Shown piece after piece: positions 1-12,318 of a stretch of DNA of 57,292 bases. Source of the stretch: Spirogloea muscicola (Eukaryota); contig WELB01000014.1 of assembly GCA_009602725.1 (NCBI GenBank), positions 848,756 to 906,047 on the forward strand, given 5' to 3'. Position numbers and translations under genes: made by a program. A model generated the notes under the pieces. It ran no database searches, was not told the origin of the DNA, and saw only the letters and a list, made by a program, of their open reading frames with translations. Every line of letters begins with the position of its first letter. Within the stretch, counting starts at the first letter, position 1.

Positions 1-740
1 GTGTGGGAAGGGATGCCTGCAGGGAGGATGAAGGTGAGGGGAAGGATGGGTGTTGAATCAGGGAAGCCAGGGTTTGCCGGAGGGAGGTGTCGAACTCCTT
101 GTACAGCTCGCCCACCATGTCCGTTGGGGCGACTGTCCGCTGCAGGTAGCCAGCTCGTTGACCGATGCAGCGAGTAAGGATGGCCAGCGCCAGCTGCGGA
201 TCTCCGAGGAGGGGAAGGGAGGGAAGGGGGGCAAGGTGTTGCTGCAGGCGTTCACGCAAGTCCTCCGCAATGTGGGATGGTGTGCCAAGGGGAACTTTGA
301 GAACAGCCAGCCCATTGGCAGGGGTCTGGCAGCCTGGTGGGAGCTGGAGGTTGGTGGGGAGGGGGCGTGGTGACCATGCCACGTTCTTGGTGGGGCAGAC
401 CCGCAGGCCCATTGTGCTCAGTTCGTGTACGAGCAAGGGATAAGCCGCCATGACTTCTGACGGTGGGCCGACGATATGTGTGTCGTCTGCATAGGAGGGG
501 AAGAGGAGGTTCGGGTGCAGGCTTTGGGTGCGCCGTAGTGCTCGGGAATGTGCCAAGGCGAAAAGTATGGGGCTGAGGGGATCTCCCTGGCGTGTGCCAG
601 TTGTGGACCATAAGGTCGTCCAAGACTCCTCCGAACGCCACAGCAGCCGCCCTGGCCGGCCATAGGCCATGAGGAAATAGGGGATTAAGGAGGGGAAGTG
701 ATCACGCAGCTCCTCCATGATGGCGTTGCGCTCCACAGTG
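1..740 (-). mobile_element. 5'-truncated non-LTR retrotransposon (CRE-like) reverse transcriptase region; the ORF continues beyond the window start
   Basis: Manual minus-strand translation gives a stop-free ~245-aa frame: TVERNAIM..GTRQGDPLSPILFAL..PSYADDTHIVG..GLRVCPTKN..LKVPLGT..YLQRT..QASLPT. It contains the RT motifs QGDPLSP and YADD. It is absent from the ORF track because it has no stop in the window. Confidence 0.88.
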
Positions 741-749
741 AGAGGAGGC

Positions 750-935
750 GCACAGTGCGCATGCAATCAAAGGGTGGCCAATTCAACCCAAAACATTGTT
801 CAGGCAAAAGCTGGTGCCAAAAGTGGGACAACATGGAAGCGAAGCCCTATGCTAAGGAGGCTGAGTAACAGTGTGACGTTAGTACCCACGGGTGAGCCCA
901 TACAAGTCTGATAGGTCAAGTTGGGGAGCCGAAAA
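750..935 (-). mobile_element. 3'-end remnant of a CRE-like element subfamily (…LTRGY* plus 3' UTR)
   Basis: The reverse complement contains CTCACCCGTGGGTACTAA (LTRGY*). It is homologous by eye to 13160-13340 and 53890-54080. Confidence 0.65.
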
Positions 936-1271
936 GGGAAAGAAAATAACAAATAACAAAGACAAAGTTCGAAGGGGCCAGAGAAGCCCATAGGAGACGA
1001 ACAAGGTACCACAGCGGAAAGGGCCAAGCAGGCGCTGCGGCGGCCAGAGCGCTCCGAGGCTAAACTACAGTACCGGCGGCCGCCCGCCGCTGCGGGCCCC
1101 GCGGCGAGAGCGTGGCACGTTGTAGGACGAGCTACGGCACGGTCGTGCGCGACGGCGGCATGCCGCTGGTGCTTGCCGGCAACGACTCCCCCCGCTGCAA
1201 TCATCGTGGAGCGCGCCTGCTTTAGCTTTAGGGCTTCAGGCATTTAGGGTCAGTGTTTAGGTGAGGATACA

Positions 1272-1320
1272 AAGAAGGGCTCGCCCACTGAGGAGAGGGG
1301 CTGGAAAAAGCCAGCCCACA
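1272..1320 (-). repeat. Solo 3'-terminal stem-loop unit of the CRE-like family
   Basis: The reverse complement GGGCTGGCTTTTTCCAGCCCCTCTCCTCAGTGGGCGAGCCCTTC matches the units at 12665, 18927 and 47739. Confidence 0.75.
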
Positions 1321-3352
1321 ATTTAGGCAAAGCTTGCGGGCTTTGCCTGCAACTGTACTACCCCGGCGTCCCACCGAGCAAGCCGGACCAGGGCCTCCTC
1401 AAGTGAGCCAGTGCTCATCCGAAGCTCGGGCGGCCGGGTTGGGGCCAACAGCCGCTTGAGCTTGAGAGGCTCAAGTGGCATCGAGTCATCGTTTGCGGTG
1501 TCAGCGTGGCAGCCGCCAAGATTGCCGTCGTATGCCTTGCTCTTAAGGCCGCGCTCGGGCACGCCAAATGTCGAGGATGGAAGCCAACAGACCAATGCTT
1601 GGCTCGTCAGCTTTCTTGTGCTAGAGCAATGCTAGCTTTGCCAAGCTAGTGGCTAGTTGAGTTGCTGATCGGCCTGCTTAACAGGACAATAACAGCACTT
1701 CTAACGAATAAGTTCATGACCTCGCTATAAACAGCAAGATTGACCAAGTGGGAACAAATTGCTGGCCTTCTTCAGCTGATGGCACCATCCTTGGTACTTA
1801 CGAGGTTGCGGCAGAGAACATCGCTGAACTTAATCATGCAGGGGTCTTATAGGGGATTTTAAAGGAGACCAGTCTGTATATCAGCGCTTCGTGGTTCATA
1901 TTGACAGGCCAACAGAAAAGTGACGGTCATGTGGACAAGTAGCGCTACAGGTCACCCCGGCTACGGTCGTGCTGCCAAAGTACCTGCAGCAGTCATTAAT
2001 TGGAGAAGCCGACACCCTTGATGCCAAACGCAATCTCGAAGTTGTCCTATATGAGGAGGCGTCAGGCTTAAGCATCTACCTGCTGTGCTTCTAACATAAC
2101 GAGCATATCTCTCTCCTAGCCTCCTGCATTTACATGCCAATGCTGCAAGAAAATCAGCAGCCACTATCACGATTCCTGTACAATATAGATATTTCTCTGC
2201 TGCTAGTGAACCTAGCCTTGGACCCTGCGCGCAAGCACCTCCAGTCTCCATTGCAGGCAAAGTCAGAGGCATCCACACGTGTAAGCAACGTAAAAGACTG
2301 GAGCAGACGCCACAGTAGTCAAGGGCTTCCTTAGCAACGCGATGCTGGGAAAAAATGGTAAGTGCTTCAGCACGGCAACTGTGCAACATGGTGGAGCGGA
2401 GGTTGACGCCCCCTCACGCATTCAAGGAGCTACAGAAGAGGGGGCCATGTGGGGCCACAGACGCTGCTAGTGTTTATAAAACGTGGCCTGGGTTTCTAAG
2501 GCCCAATGCTTCAGACAGCATGTCCACCTCCTGCTTCTCACACTGCTGAGGTATGTAGCATCCAAGAAATCCATTCAACTTCTTCTCAGCCAAAGCTTTG
2601 CCAATTGCGTTCGACTTGAAGCACAGTCATCACCGTGCGGAGCAGGTCTAAAAATCACTAAGTTGGACGACAATGTACACTAGTTGGCAACCTGTGCTGA
2701 ACCAGAGCGTGACATGCACTGTACCTAACTTGTACTTGCATGTGTTCCCGCACAACAGCCCTGCTGGACTAAGTGGCGGAGATCAAGGGAAGGGCACATT
2801 GGCGCACCCTACAGAAGCTCTCCACATTCAGAGTGTCGATGTGATTATGTATGGAAGTACTTTGAGCGTTCTTTTCCTACTCTGTCCAGTTGGTAGACTC
2901 CCGGACAAGAGTAGCATCACTTTGAGATGCACCTTATATGTTGACATATATGTAAAACACCACTCCAGATGCACAACAAGTTAGCCTGCAGTCCCTCTGC
3001 AGCAGTCTGGGGTGTTCTACCATCATGCTGTACGGGCTCTGATCTTCGTCAGTAGCACAAGCTGTACTTTGCATGCACATCAGTTTGATGCAGTCCTATA
3101 TTGAGCACTTTCTTCTTAGATGCTGCTTGCCCACTCGTAGTATACGTTGCAGCTACATTGCACAAGCTTCCCAATGATCTTACACAACCATTAGCACACA
3201 AGTCAGATGCACAGCTGGGGGTTGGGAAATCATCAGCAAAGCTGGGCAGCAGGTTTATGCAACACGTAAATGTTCACAAAACCCTTGACAATGAGCTAAG
3301 AATCACTGACCAAATCTGTGTGCCTCATGCAAGCTTGTCAGCATGTGAATCT

Positions 3353-6300
3353 TCAACTGGCCATCTCAAATGACTTCTCAATATCCTCCAAGGACCTCCC
3401 CTTGGTCTCCACAATGTAGTGAGAGACGAAAAAAGTAGCAGCAAAAGAGACCTCAGCAAAGAAAAAGTAGACACTGCTGACACCATATCTCCTTACTACA
3501 TTCAAGAAGGAGAGCCCAATCCCGAAGTTGATAACCTGCACAATGACCAGCTTCACTCTTCATCAGCGATAGTGGGCTGACATCATGTCATTAGACGTGT
3601 GCACGCACTACGAATGTAACACTTCATACTCCTAAACAACAGAGTCCTGTAAGAGCAAATCACTAGAAGGAGGGACAAGCAAGCAGCGCATATTGGTGAA
3701 GGTCTGTACCCAATGCACACCCAGGGCAACAGACATCGCCTTGGCACGAATGCGGGAGGGAAAAAGCTCAGGGAGGAGCAGCGCCGGGATTGGCCCTACG
3801 CCCAAGGAGAATGCAAGGACGTAGCTGCGCCCCCACCAAGCATTGCCTTGTCAGAAGACGAGCATATGCTGGACAATAGCAGCTGCTTGACACTTACATC
3901 TCAACTGTACATCGCAGTGGACAAGGTCCCACCTCCTCGATTTCACTCACGGCATCCAGCACCACAGCAACAACATAAGTGGGCCCTGAGACTCACGAGA
4001 TAGTTCCTGCCACAGCAAGAATGCTGGATGATGCTTCTAGCACCTTCCAGGACAAGGTCACTGCAAGCAAGACCATGGATAGTCCCTGCCAACATATCAG
4101 GTCAACAAGATGGCTGTCATTAAAGTATGACAAATGGGACCCGCTCTGAAGCATGACAATGCTATCAGTGCAGTCCACAGTCAGTGCAGAAGTCTTGGAG
4201 CTCACCATGCCTAAGAAGCTGTTAAAAAGTAATGTCTTCCTCCCATAACGATCAATCAGAACAGCTGCAATAGTAGTGCCTGCAAGTCAAGAAAACAACC
4301 AGTCCAATAAACTCAATAACACCTTGCATTGACAAGATCAGCTCTTACCATCAATGCACCTATGAGTCCATCAACAACCTGAGGAGACACCCTTCCACAA
4401 CGGCGAAACAACGCCAACGGCATGCAGAGCATTGAACTTCACTAATTCACTACAGGCGGGACACAAAGAAAGACCATATGCTCTCAAGTCCTTGCAACCT
4501 GCAAGCAGAGGAGCTGACCACTGCAGCAGCATACCATTGTATAATCGCTCAAAGGACATGCTTAACAAAATTGCATTTGCATCAGCTGCTTAAGCTAGCA
4601 TGCCTCCAGTAATAATAGCACGAAGTCGGGTGGTCTGACCATGCACTCCTTACCTACAACATTTGCAGCACCTACAAGAGCTGATGCGGCAGTATCGGAT
4701 GTAACACCAGCCTTACGAAAAACGTTCGATGAGAAATATATTACAGCATTGATGCCAGCAAATTGCTGGAAGATGAAGACAGCGCATCCAACAGCCACAA
4801 CTGCACGTGTGCAAAGAGCAGCAGCTCCATGTGGTTGGAGACACAGTGCTAGGTCCAAAAACAGACCAACGTAGACATGAGAGCAATAACAAGCTTGAGC
4901 AATGAAATGTCGAAGGACCTCAAGTGAAGGCTCTGACAGCAATCATTCTGTACTCCACTTGTGACCAATATGCAGTTGTCCAAGCCAGCTGCTGCGGCTA
5001 CTTCTTGCTGTCAGTGCACCAGTAATATCTACACTCGTTTCAAGAAGAAAGCTTGGGCTGCAAGGGGCAGCCACCTCATTGGCTTAATAGCAGGCCAGTG
5101 CAGTGGTCTGCAGTGGCGATACTGCAGAGCAAGCCAGCTGACTCTTTCTCGACAATTCTCCATCACCCACCTTTCCTATATTGGGGTCCAAAGAGGTCCA
5201 ATATATTGGCTTGTTCCTCGTCCTTATCCTTGCTCTGTGTGTTTGTTCTGGAGGGTTGTCGGCCTCCCCAAAGCTTCTCCGCCACGATTTCAGCCTCTTG
5301 CAGCCGCCCTTGCTGATGTGCAGGCAGAGATGCTTGTGATGAATGACAGTAATTTCTGCTTTCTGGTCAGGTCCCGGCTTCCTCGTCATCCTCATACTTG
5401 GGAACCAAAGCATTGTCATTCAGGAGTCACGCTGTAGTGGCATTAACAATGTGGTCTGCAATGGCCAAGCACGGACCTTCTCCAGCCAACGCGGGCTTTC
5501 AGGTGAGAACGCCATGCCCACTGCAAGCGCCACTGCAGGAATGCTGGCGACTGCAAACAAGGTCCGCCACCTGCCAACAAGGCTGTCCTTACCTAAGTAC
5601 TTTTCAAACACGGAGTCAAGCTCCTCTGCACAACTACATTGCAGCTGCCAATTGTCCTACCAAGAGGCGTTGGACGGAAGGGGAAGCCCAGCCAGGAGTG
5701 CACCCAGTATCCCAATGTTTATTGCGAGCTGCGTCATGGATCCCAGCCTGCCCCGGAGCTCTGTTGGAGCAACCTGGAATGAGCAACCACGATAGCAATT
5801 TCCTCTGCTGAGTAGGTAAGCCCTTGGTAGTTGCACTCTGCGATTGAGGCAAGGGCGCAATGCCTCACTATTGCATTCACCTCAGAGATGTAGAGAGGAA
5901 CAGTGCTAGAGATCAGGCCAACTCCGACGCCCACAACTGCACGACCCACCAGCATCAACCTCAAAGAAGTTGCGCTAGCGCTGCTCGACAGACCACAATT
6001 GATGGCACTCCAGGTCAGTATTTGTCCTTGTCATCAGCAGTATTTAGTGCATGCTGTGTGAGCTAATAAGGAGCAGCCACTGTGGAGCCAGAATGATATG
6101 AGCAGCCTTTCACCGACAGCGAGGGGCCTTCACTGAGCAGCTAAAGGCTCACAGAACCTCTGTTTGAATGTTAACACTCGTTGCTGCTTGTGCTCAAGAT
6201 GGCATGGCTACCTGGTTAGGAGGACAGACAGCTTGCTAGCACACAGTGGAGTCACCTGAGGAGGGTCCCAATTGTTAGTGGAATGGCATTAAGCTGGAAT

Positions 6301-7302
6301 GTCCTTGTCCTTCCCAGCCGGTCGGCGAGCCCGCCGCCTGTCAGCGACCCAATGGCAGCCCCAACTAGGGTGATGCTGACCACCCAGCCTGCCAGCAGTC
6401 CGAGCGCCTGCCCTCAGTTGACTGACAGTCAAGCACCAAGATCAAGTCATGGCACACCGTGTGAGGAGGTCTAGTGAAGGAGTCTGCAATGTGGCAGGAG
6501 CATTACTGTCTAAGCTCAGACGATCACTTCGATTGGAGGGTGCAAGCGCAGTGCTGGACAAGGTGGCTGGTTTTCCATAGCCTTTGCACCTGCCGTCACG
6601 CCCTCTGGCAAGAAGCCCAGGTCCCGTGCAATGTACTCCAGGGCTCCATTGACGACCCTGGCAGATGGGAGGCCTGAGCTTAATGACAAGGTACTCCCTG
6701 ACTTTGATGCACAATGCTTGGAGCTTGACATATCCCAAACCTCCCATCCATTTAGTCCAGACTGGAGCTCCATGGCCATTGGATCGTCAATGATCCTCGC
6801 CGCAACACAAGTGGCTCATGAGCACAAGCGTGCTGAGAGGTGCCTGGCATTGCGACTGAAGCTTCCGTTTCTCATGGAGACTTTCGCACGCCGTTGCAGT
6901 AGTAATGCGAGGTGACTAGTACGATGGCCTCGGGATAGACGAGCACCTGCTGTAGCCACTTGCACTGCTCTGAGGCCACGGCCCTGGACGCGACTGCTGT
7001 GAGAGAAGCGAAAGTGGCCTGCCCAACGGGGGGAAGGAGACGGGGAATGGTGGATATTGCTCAACGTCGAGCTTGCTAACCCGAGGTGGTAGCCAAAGAG
7101 CAGGGCGCCGAGGCAGGCCACCGCGACCGCGCGCGGGAATGACGGTGCGCTCGTCGCAGCCCCGTCATGCGGCAGCGCAGCCTGGCCGCCACCGCCGCCG
7201 GCGAGCGCCACGGCCNCGCCGCCCGGCCCGGCTGCCACGCCGAGCGGGCGCGGCATCCGCGCCGGCGCCGGGACTCGATAGCCGGGCGGCGGCGGGCTGC
7301 AT
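3353..7302 (-). CDS. pGlcT: Plastidic glucose transporter (MFS sugar porter), multi-exon
   Basis: Exon translations include VAVACLGALLFGYHLG, VVNGALEYIARDLG, VPLYISEV|APTELRGRLG, WRTLFAVASIP..PESPRWL, FIFQQFAGINAVIYFSS and VETKGRSLEDIE. GT-AG introns are visible. An N at 7216 makes the start uncertain. Confidence 0.9.
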
Positions 7303-7544
7303 GTCGGCGGGGGAGGCTGGCCAGACGAGTGTGGGGGAGCTGAAACAGTCGGTACTTCGTGGAGGAGCTGTTGAGGCTGGCTTCCACTGGCGCTCGTTCA
7401 CTATTACTATCATCAGCAGCCGCAGTCTCTTTGAGTTTCAGCTATTCGAGGGCTTATCTACATGCAGAAATGTGCACTAAGACAGTAAGCCAGAAGTTGC
7501 CAGTACCTCCTGTAGCCATTGTAACATGTAAAGCTGTATCCTCT

Positions 7545-8040
7545 CTGTTTCTGGGCTGGCCTTCACAGCCCTCGCTTCCTTTCAAAGTGCACATCTATTT
7601 CTCTGGCGCCGCTCTCTAGCTCTAGCTGCCGCCTCTGGCTGTCGGCAAATAGAAATTGCTCGCCCACAGAGAAGAACTGCAAAGGAACTGCTCTCCAGCT
7701 GCTAGTCTTTTTACTTGCGGCTGCTAATTAGGGTTACCAAGGGACCATCTTCGTGGTACTTGCATAGGCCGTGTATTTGGAGCATTCGGGCCCCTTCGCA
7801 CTTGGTTTGTACATTCCGGGCTAGCCCTCTACAGCCCTCGCCCCCTTTGGAAGAGCTTACCTCAGGCTACTATTCATACCAAGTTGCGGCTATTGAACTT
7901 GGTCTTAATCAGCATCCATCAGCGAGGGTCAGTTCTTCTCCTGATCAGTTTGCTCCTTCTGACTGCACACATTGTGTCCGCGTCTTTGGGCTGGCCTTGT
8001 TACGCAGCCGATTCGTTCTGTGGAAGGGGCTCATCTAGCT
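7545..8040 (+). repeat. Cluster of degenerate CRE-like 3' ends/stem-loop units
   Basis: GGGCTGGCCTTCACAGCC at ~7553, GGGCTAGCCCTCTACAGCC at ~7818, GGGCTGGCC..CAGCC at ~7988, and a degenerate ..TAGGGTTAC at ~7730. Confidence 0.6.
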
Positions 8041-10077
8041 CCTTTAGCTCCTTCTAAGAGCTTTAGCTTTTTTCTTTAGCTCCTTCCAAGAGTTCTTCTC
8101 TGCAGGGGCATGAAATCGAAGGTACCTTGCTTGAAGTAGCTCGTTGATGCTGTTAAAAGGTCAATCATCATGCAGCCTTAGGAGTTGTGATTTCAAATTA
8201 TGTCATTGCTGGGCTTGAAGAAGCGAAGGAAGGCGAAGTGCCTTCCTGCCCTGCAGGAGCATAGCATGTCTCAGAGGAGCGTTCTGTGTACCATCGGCTT
8301 GACGAAGCTGTGAGATCACAAGCAACTGCAAGGTGGTGTAGACAACTTTGCACCCCATCTCACGGTCCAGTGCCTCATGCCTCTCGCAGACTGTCCAACT
8401 CCATGCATTATGAGCGCCAAGGGGCCCGCCAGTCAATGAGATCGTACTTTCATCTTGTCCGTGACCTTATTGAAGCAGTGAAGCTGACTGGATCTAGCAG
8501 CTTGGCTGACAGTGTTGTCGAACTGATCCAGGTGATTATTGCAATTTCACCTTCTAGTTGAATAAGCTCCAAAAGGGAGAATTGATTATCTAATTATCAC
8601 GCCTCTTCCATATAGCCCAGCTATTCCTAGCCTGTGAGGTCCATCTTACTTGGAGCGAGCACTCTCACACAGGCATAGCTGATATGATCCATCTCATTCT
8701 TGTGAGTTGATGGCTTGCAAGGACCTTATGGTTGTATAAGTTCCTCAGTGCAGCCCATGTCCTAGACATACTATGAGGTGTATGGCTTGAAATGTCAAGG
8801 AGACTAGGGAAGCCCCTCGTGGTGGAAGCTCCATTGCATTGCCCTTGCACTTGTTGAGGGGACAAGTCACCACCTGGCCAGGTAGAAGAAAGGGTAAAAG
8901 CCAAAGCTTGGCAGGCCGCTCTCTTTACTGGCTGCCGGTTTTTGGTGTAGGCGCACAACCATTTGGAAGAGGATGCCGTTTCGGTAGTAAGGGGCATGTC
9001 TTCAGTGAGCAGCCTCAAGGTGTTGCTTCTGCAATCAGACACTCTTTTTTGTGGCAACTGGGTCAATCCTGCAGCTAACTTACTTAGCTGGTGATTCATT
9101 GCACTATGTCTGCTATTGACTTGTCAAAATGCATATACCTGACAGCCCTTCAACACTGCATTGAGATTAGAGGATGAAGACCACTCTTGGGTGGGCTTGA
9201 GTCTTGCAGCTGTGCTGCGCCGCTGAAGGCAACAACAAACAAGAATCCTTGCTTTATTGTACACACTGTACAGAGTGGTTTCAAATTTGTACTCCAGGCC
9301 CTTCTCACTACCAGCTGGCTGCCTGTGCTTGATTTTTAAACTGTGGCATTTCCAGTAGTCGGCCTTTGCGGTGCCTTGACCAGGATAAATATGTGCAGGA
9401 TACAGCAGGCACTGCTGACCAGGCCAAGTCAGGCATGCGGACCTGCTGGTCAACTCCCTAATAGTGAGTGCAGGTACGACTGGGCCCAAGTCAGATGGCC
9501 GAGAGGATCTCGGCCACCACACCGGTCGCTCTTGCCCATCATGGGCGAGCAAGTGTGTCTGCTCAAGCCCTGGGACTACAGGCAAGATGCTAACGCCAAC
9601 AGCGGCGACCAAGTCTCCCCCTTGCTGGGCAGCAGTAGAGGAAGGAGGCAGCTGGGCTTTGCAAAGCCAGACAGCATCTTGACACGCGCGCGCATGCATG
9701 TGCACTCAACTATGACCAGGCAATGACACCTCTTTCTAATGTCCTGTTGTATGCGCAGTCGGGCAATGCGCAACCATCCGGCCTCAAAATGGTGAAGCCA
9801 TCACGTAAACTCTTGAGGAAGTCCCAGCCTGGCAGAGCACCTGAGTAGATAGCAGAACCCTCACAGCCACCTGCATTTACACAAAGCCAACATTGGATAT
9901 GGAGCAGAAGTACTGTCAATGCACCTTGCATCTGACACAAGCGAAGCAGGTAAGTCGATGGTGACGCCAAAACACACTACTCATGGGTGAAGAGAGCAAC
10001 CAACTATGTAATTGTACCCTCTCAAGGCATGGAGTGCCTCGCTTGAGAGGTCACCTGGCTTCCAAAGCCGACGACCA

Positions 10078-11748
10078 TCAGAGAGGGTCATGAGGCCTGT
10101 CGGTGGTAGCCAGCGCCACTCGTGACGATCTCCGGTGCCGCAACCAGGCAAGGCCCACAGCCCCGCTGATCAGTAGGGCTGTCAAGGTCCCAGCGCAAGC
10201 CACCACGATGCCAGTCAGAGCACCTTGGCTGAGCCGCTTTCTCCGGTGAGTAAAGAGCTCTGCGAAGGAACTCAGAAGCGGTCACTGTGTGCAAGCACAA
10301 GTATAAAGCTAGATCCATAGGTGCTCATTGTGCAGGTCGTGGCTACAATCATTTCAACTTGGCCTGGACACGGAGGATTTGTTTGCGGGGAAGGGGAGGG
10401 GGAGGGCGCTGACCTGCTTCCACGTCCTCACGTGTGCTGCTGGCAGGAATGATCTCAAGCAACTCAATGCCGTGAATGACGGGGTTGTGGGTGGCATGGG
10501 CGTTGCGTGAGAGCTGGATGATGATGTTATACGGATTCTCGTCTGTCGCGAGAGTTGGCGACGTGACTATCGGCAGGGATGCTGCTGCAAAATGCAGCCC
10601 ACCAGCGAGCTCCAGGATATCGATGGTCGCAATGAAGCGGCCGTTGACGTGGACATTGATCAGTCGGCTGCCGAGGCGCACCTCGGGCTGGACCTCAGCA
10701 AAGTAGAGCATGGCGAGCCAGTCGTAGGACGCGTCCACAGGATCGAGCGACCAGACGTACGACGTGACGTTGCTGACTCCGGCGAGGCGGCTGTCCTCGA
10801 AGAGCTCCAGTGGCAGGTAGTTGGGCGGCTCGCCGGCGCCGGTGACAGAGTGGTTGGTCTGCAGCACCTTGTACTGCCCCTCCGTGGGGCTGACATCGCC
10901 ATGCCAGAGGCGGGCGTGGGGGTCGTGCGCCGGCACGAGCCAGCCGCCGCCGCTGTTAATGCGCACGTAGTTGGCGAGCAGGTCGCCCTTGCCGAGGCCG
11001 AGCGTGCCCGAGGCGTACGCGGCCTCCGACACCTGCAGCACCTCGATGCTGCTGATGTATGCCGAGACACCGTCGCTGCCCGGCAGCACGCAGATGTCGG
11101 CGGCGCCGTCCGTGACGTACACCACGTAGTCCGTCCAGCGCGCGTCGTCGACGTCGCCGCCAGCCGCGCTGCTCGCCGCGCTGACGTTGACGATCTTGAG
11201 CAGCACGCCCTCGATGTACACCTTGAAGATAATGTCGTCGCCATCGCCGTCGCCGTCCCCATCGCCGTCGTCATCGCCATGGAGCCCGAGGCGGACGAAG
11301 TAGCGGCCGGGGGCGACGACGAGCGTGTAGCAGGAGTTCTCGCCGGGCGCGAACGCGCGGTACGTGGCGTCGACGTCGGAGAGGCCGGTGGCGTTGGCCA
11401 CGACGCGCGCCGTGCCGGCCTTGAACCCGCGGTCGCCCTCCCACCGGACGCCATTGATGGTGCGCACCTCCGTCGAGCCGCAGTCTATGCGCACGGCCGT
11501 GACTGCCCTCGTCGCGCGAGTCACCAAAGCCAAGCAGGCGCAGCGGCGGAGGCGCTGGCTGCCGTCAGTAGAGGCACGGCACGGCTCGCTTGCCTGAGCG
11601 CCGCCGGCGGCCGAGGCGGCCGCGCCGGCGCGACGGAGAGCTGGGGCTCACCCTGGCCGTAGGCGAAGGCGGCGCGGCAGGCGTCGGCTACGAGCAGCGC
11701 GAGCGCGAGAAGGCAGTGCCAGGGCGGCCGCGGCGCGGGCGCCGTCAT
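10078..11748 (-). CDS. Malectin-like (tandem malectin) type-I membrane protein with no kinase domain
   Basis: Predicted exons: 11748-11652 (signal peptide MTAPAPRPPWHCLLALALLVADAC), 11502-10414 (VRIDCG..TYRAF..CY..PGRYFVRL..AYISSIEV..VRINSGG..MLYFAEV..PVIHGIELLEI) and 10259-10078 (TM GIVVACAGTLTALLISGAVGLAWL, then RHRRSSRVALATTDRPHDPL*). Intron phases are consistent. Confidence 0.85.
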
Positions 11749-11774
11749 GGGGCCAGGAAGCGGTGGCGGCGGCG

Positions 11775-12318
11775 NNNNNNNNNNNNNNNNNNNNNNNNNN
11801 NNNNNNNNNNNNNNNNNNNNNNNNNNNNNNNNNNNNNNNNNNNNNNNNNNNNNNNNNNNNNNNNNNNNNNNNNNNNNNNNNNNNNNNNNNNNNNNNNNNN
11901 NNNNNNNNNNNNNNNNNNNNNNNNNNNNNNNNNNNNNNNNNNNNNNNNNNNNNNNNNNNNNNNNNNNNNNNNNNNNNNNNNNNNNNNNNNNNNNNNNNNN
12001 NNNNNNNNNNNNNNNNNNNNNNNNNNNNNNNNNNNNNNNNNNNNNNNNNNNNNNNNNNNNNNNNNNNNNNNNNNNNNNNNNNNNNNNNNNNNNNNNNNNN
12101 NNNNNNNNNNNNNNNNNNNNNNNNNNNNNNNNNNNNNNNNNNNNNNNNNNNNNNNNNNNNNNNNNNNNNNNNNNNNNNNNNNNNNNNNNNNNNNNNNNNN
12201 NNNNNNNNNNNNNNNNNNNNNNNNNNNNNNNNNNNNNNNNNNNNNNNNNNNNNNNNNNNNNNNNNNNNNNNNNNNNNNNNNNNNNNNNNNNNNNNNNNNN
12301 NNNNNNNNNNNNNNNNNN
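11775..12318. other. Assembly gap (N run)
   Basis: Run of N. Confidence 1.

Noticed and set aside
1220..1262. Telomere-like TTTAGGG motifs
   Set aside because: There are only two or three scattered copies, not an array.
1640..2700. Possible decayed gene or transposon fragments
   Set aside because: Only short ORFs are present, with no motif I can identify.
8100..10000. Several 80-190-aa ORFs between pGlcT and malectin gene 1 as a possible kinase continuation or transposase
   Set aside because: No kinase or transposase motifs were recognisable, and the malectin gene stops at 10078. It may be decayed TE sequence, but I cannot support a call.
10592..11662. Long antisense or alternate-frame ORFs over the malectin, LPAAT and other GC-rich exons
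   Set aside because: These are shadow ORFs expected from high GC3 codon usage and have no recognisable motifs.
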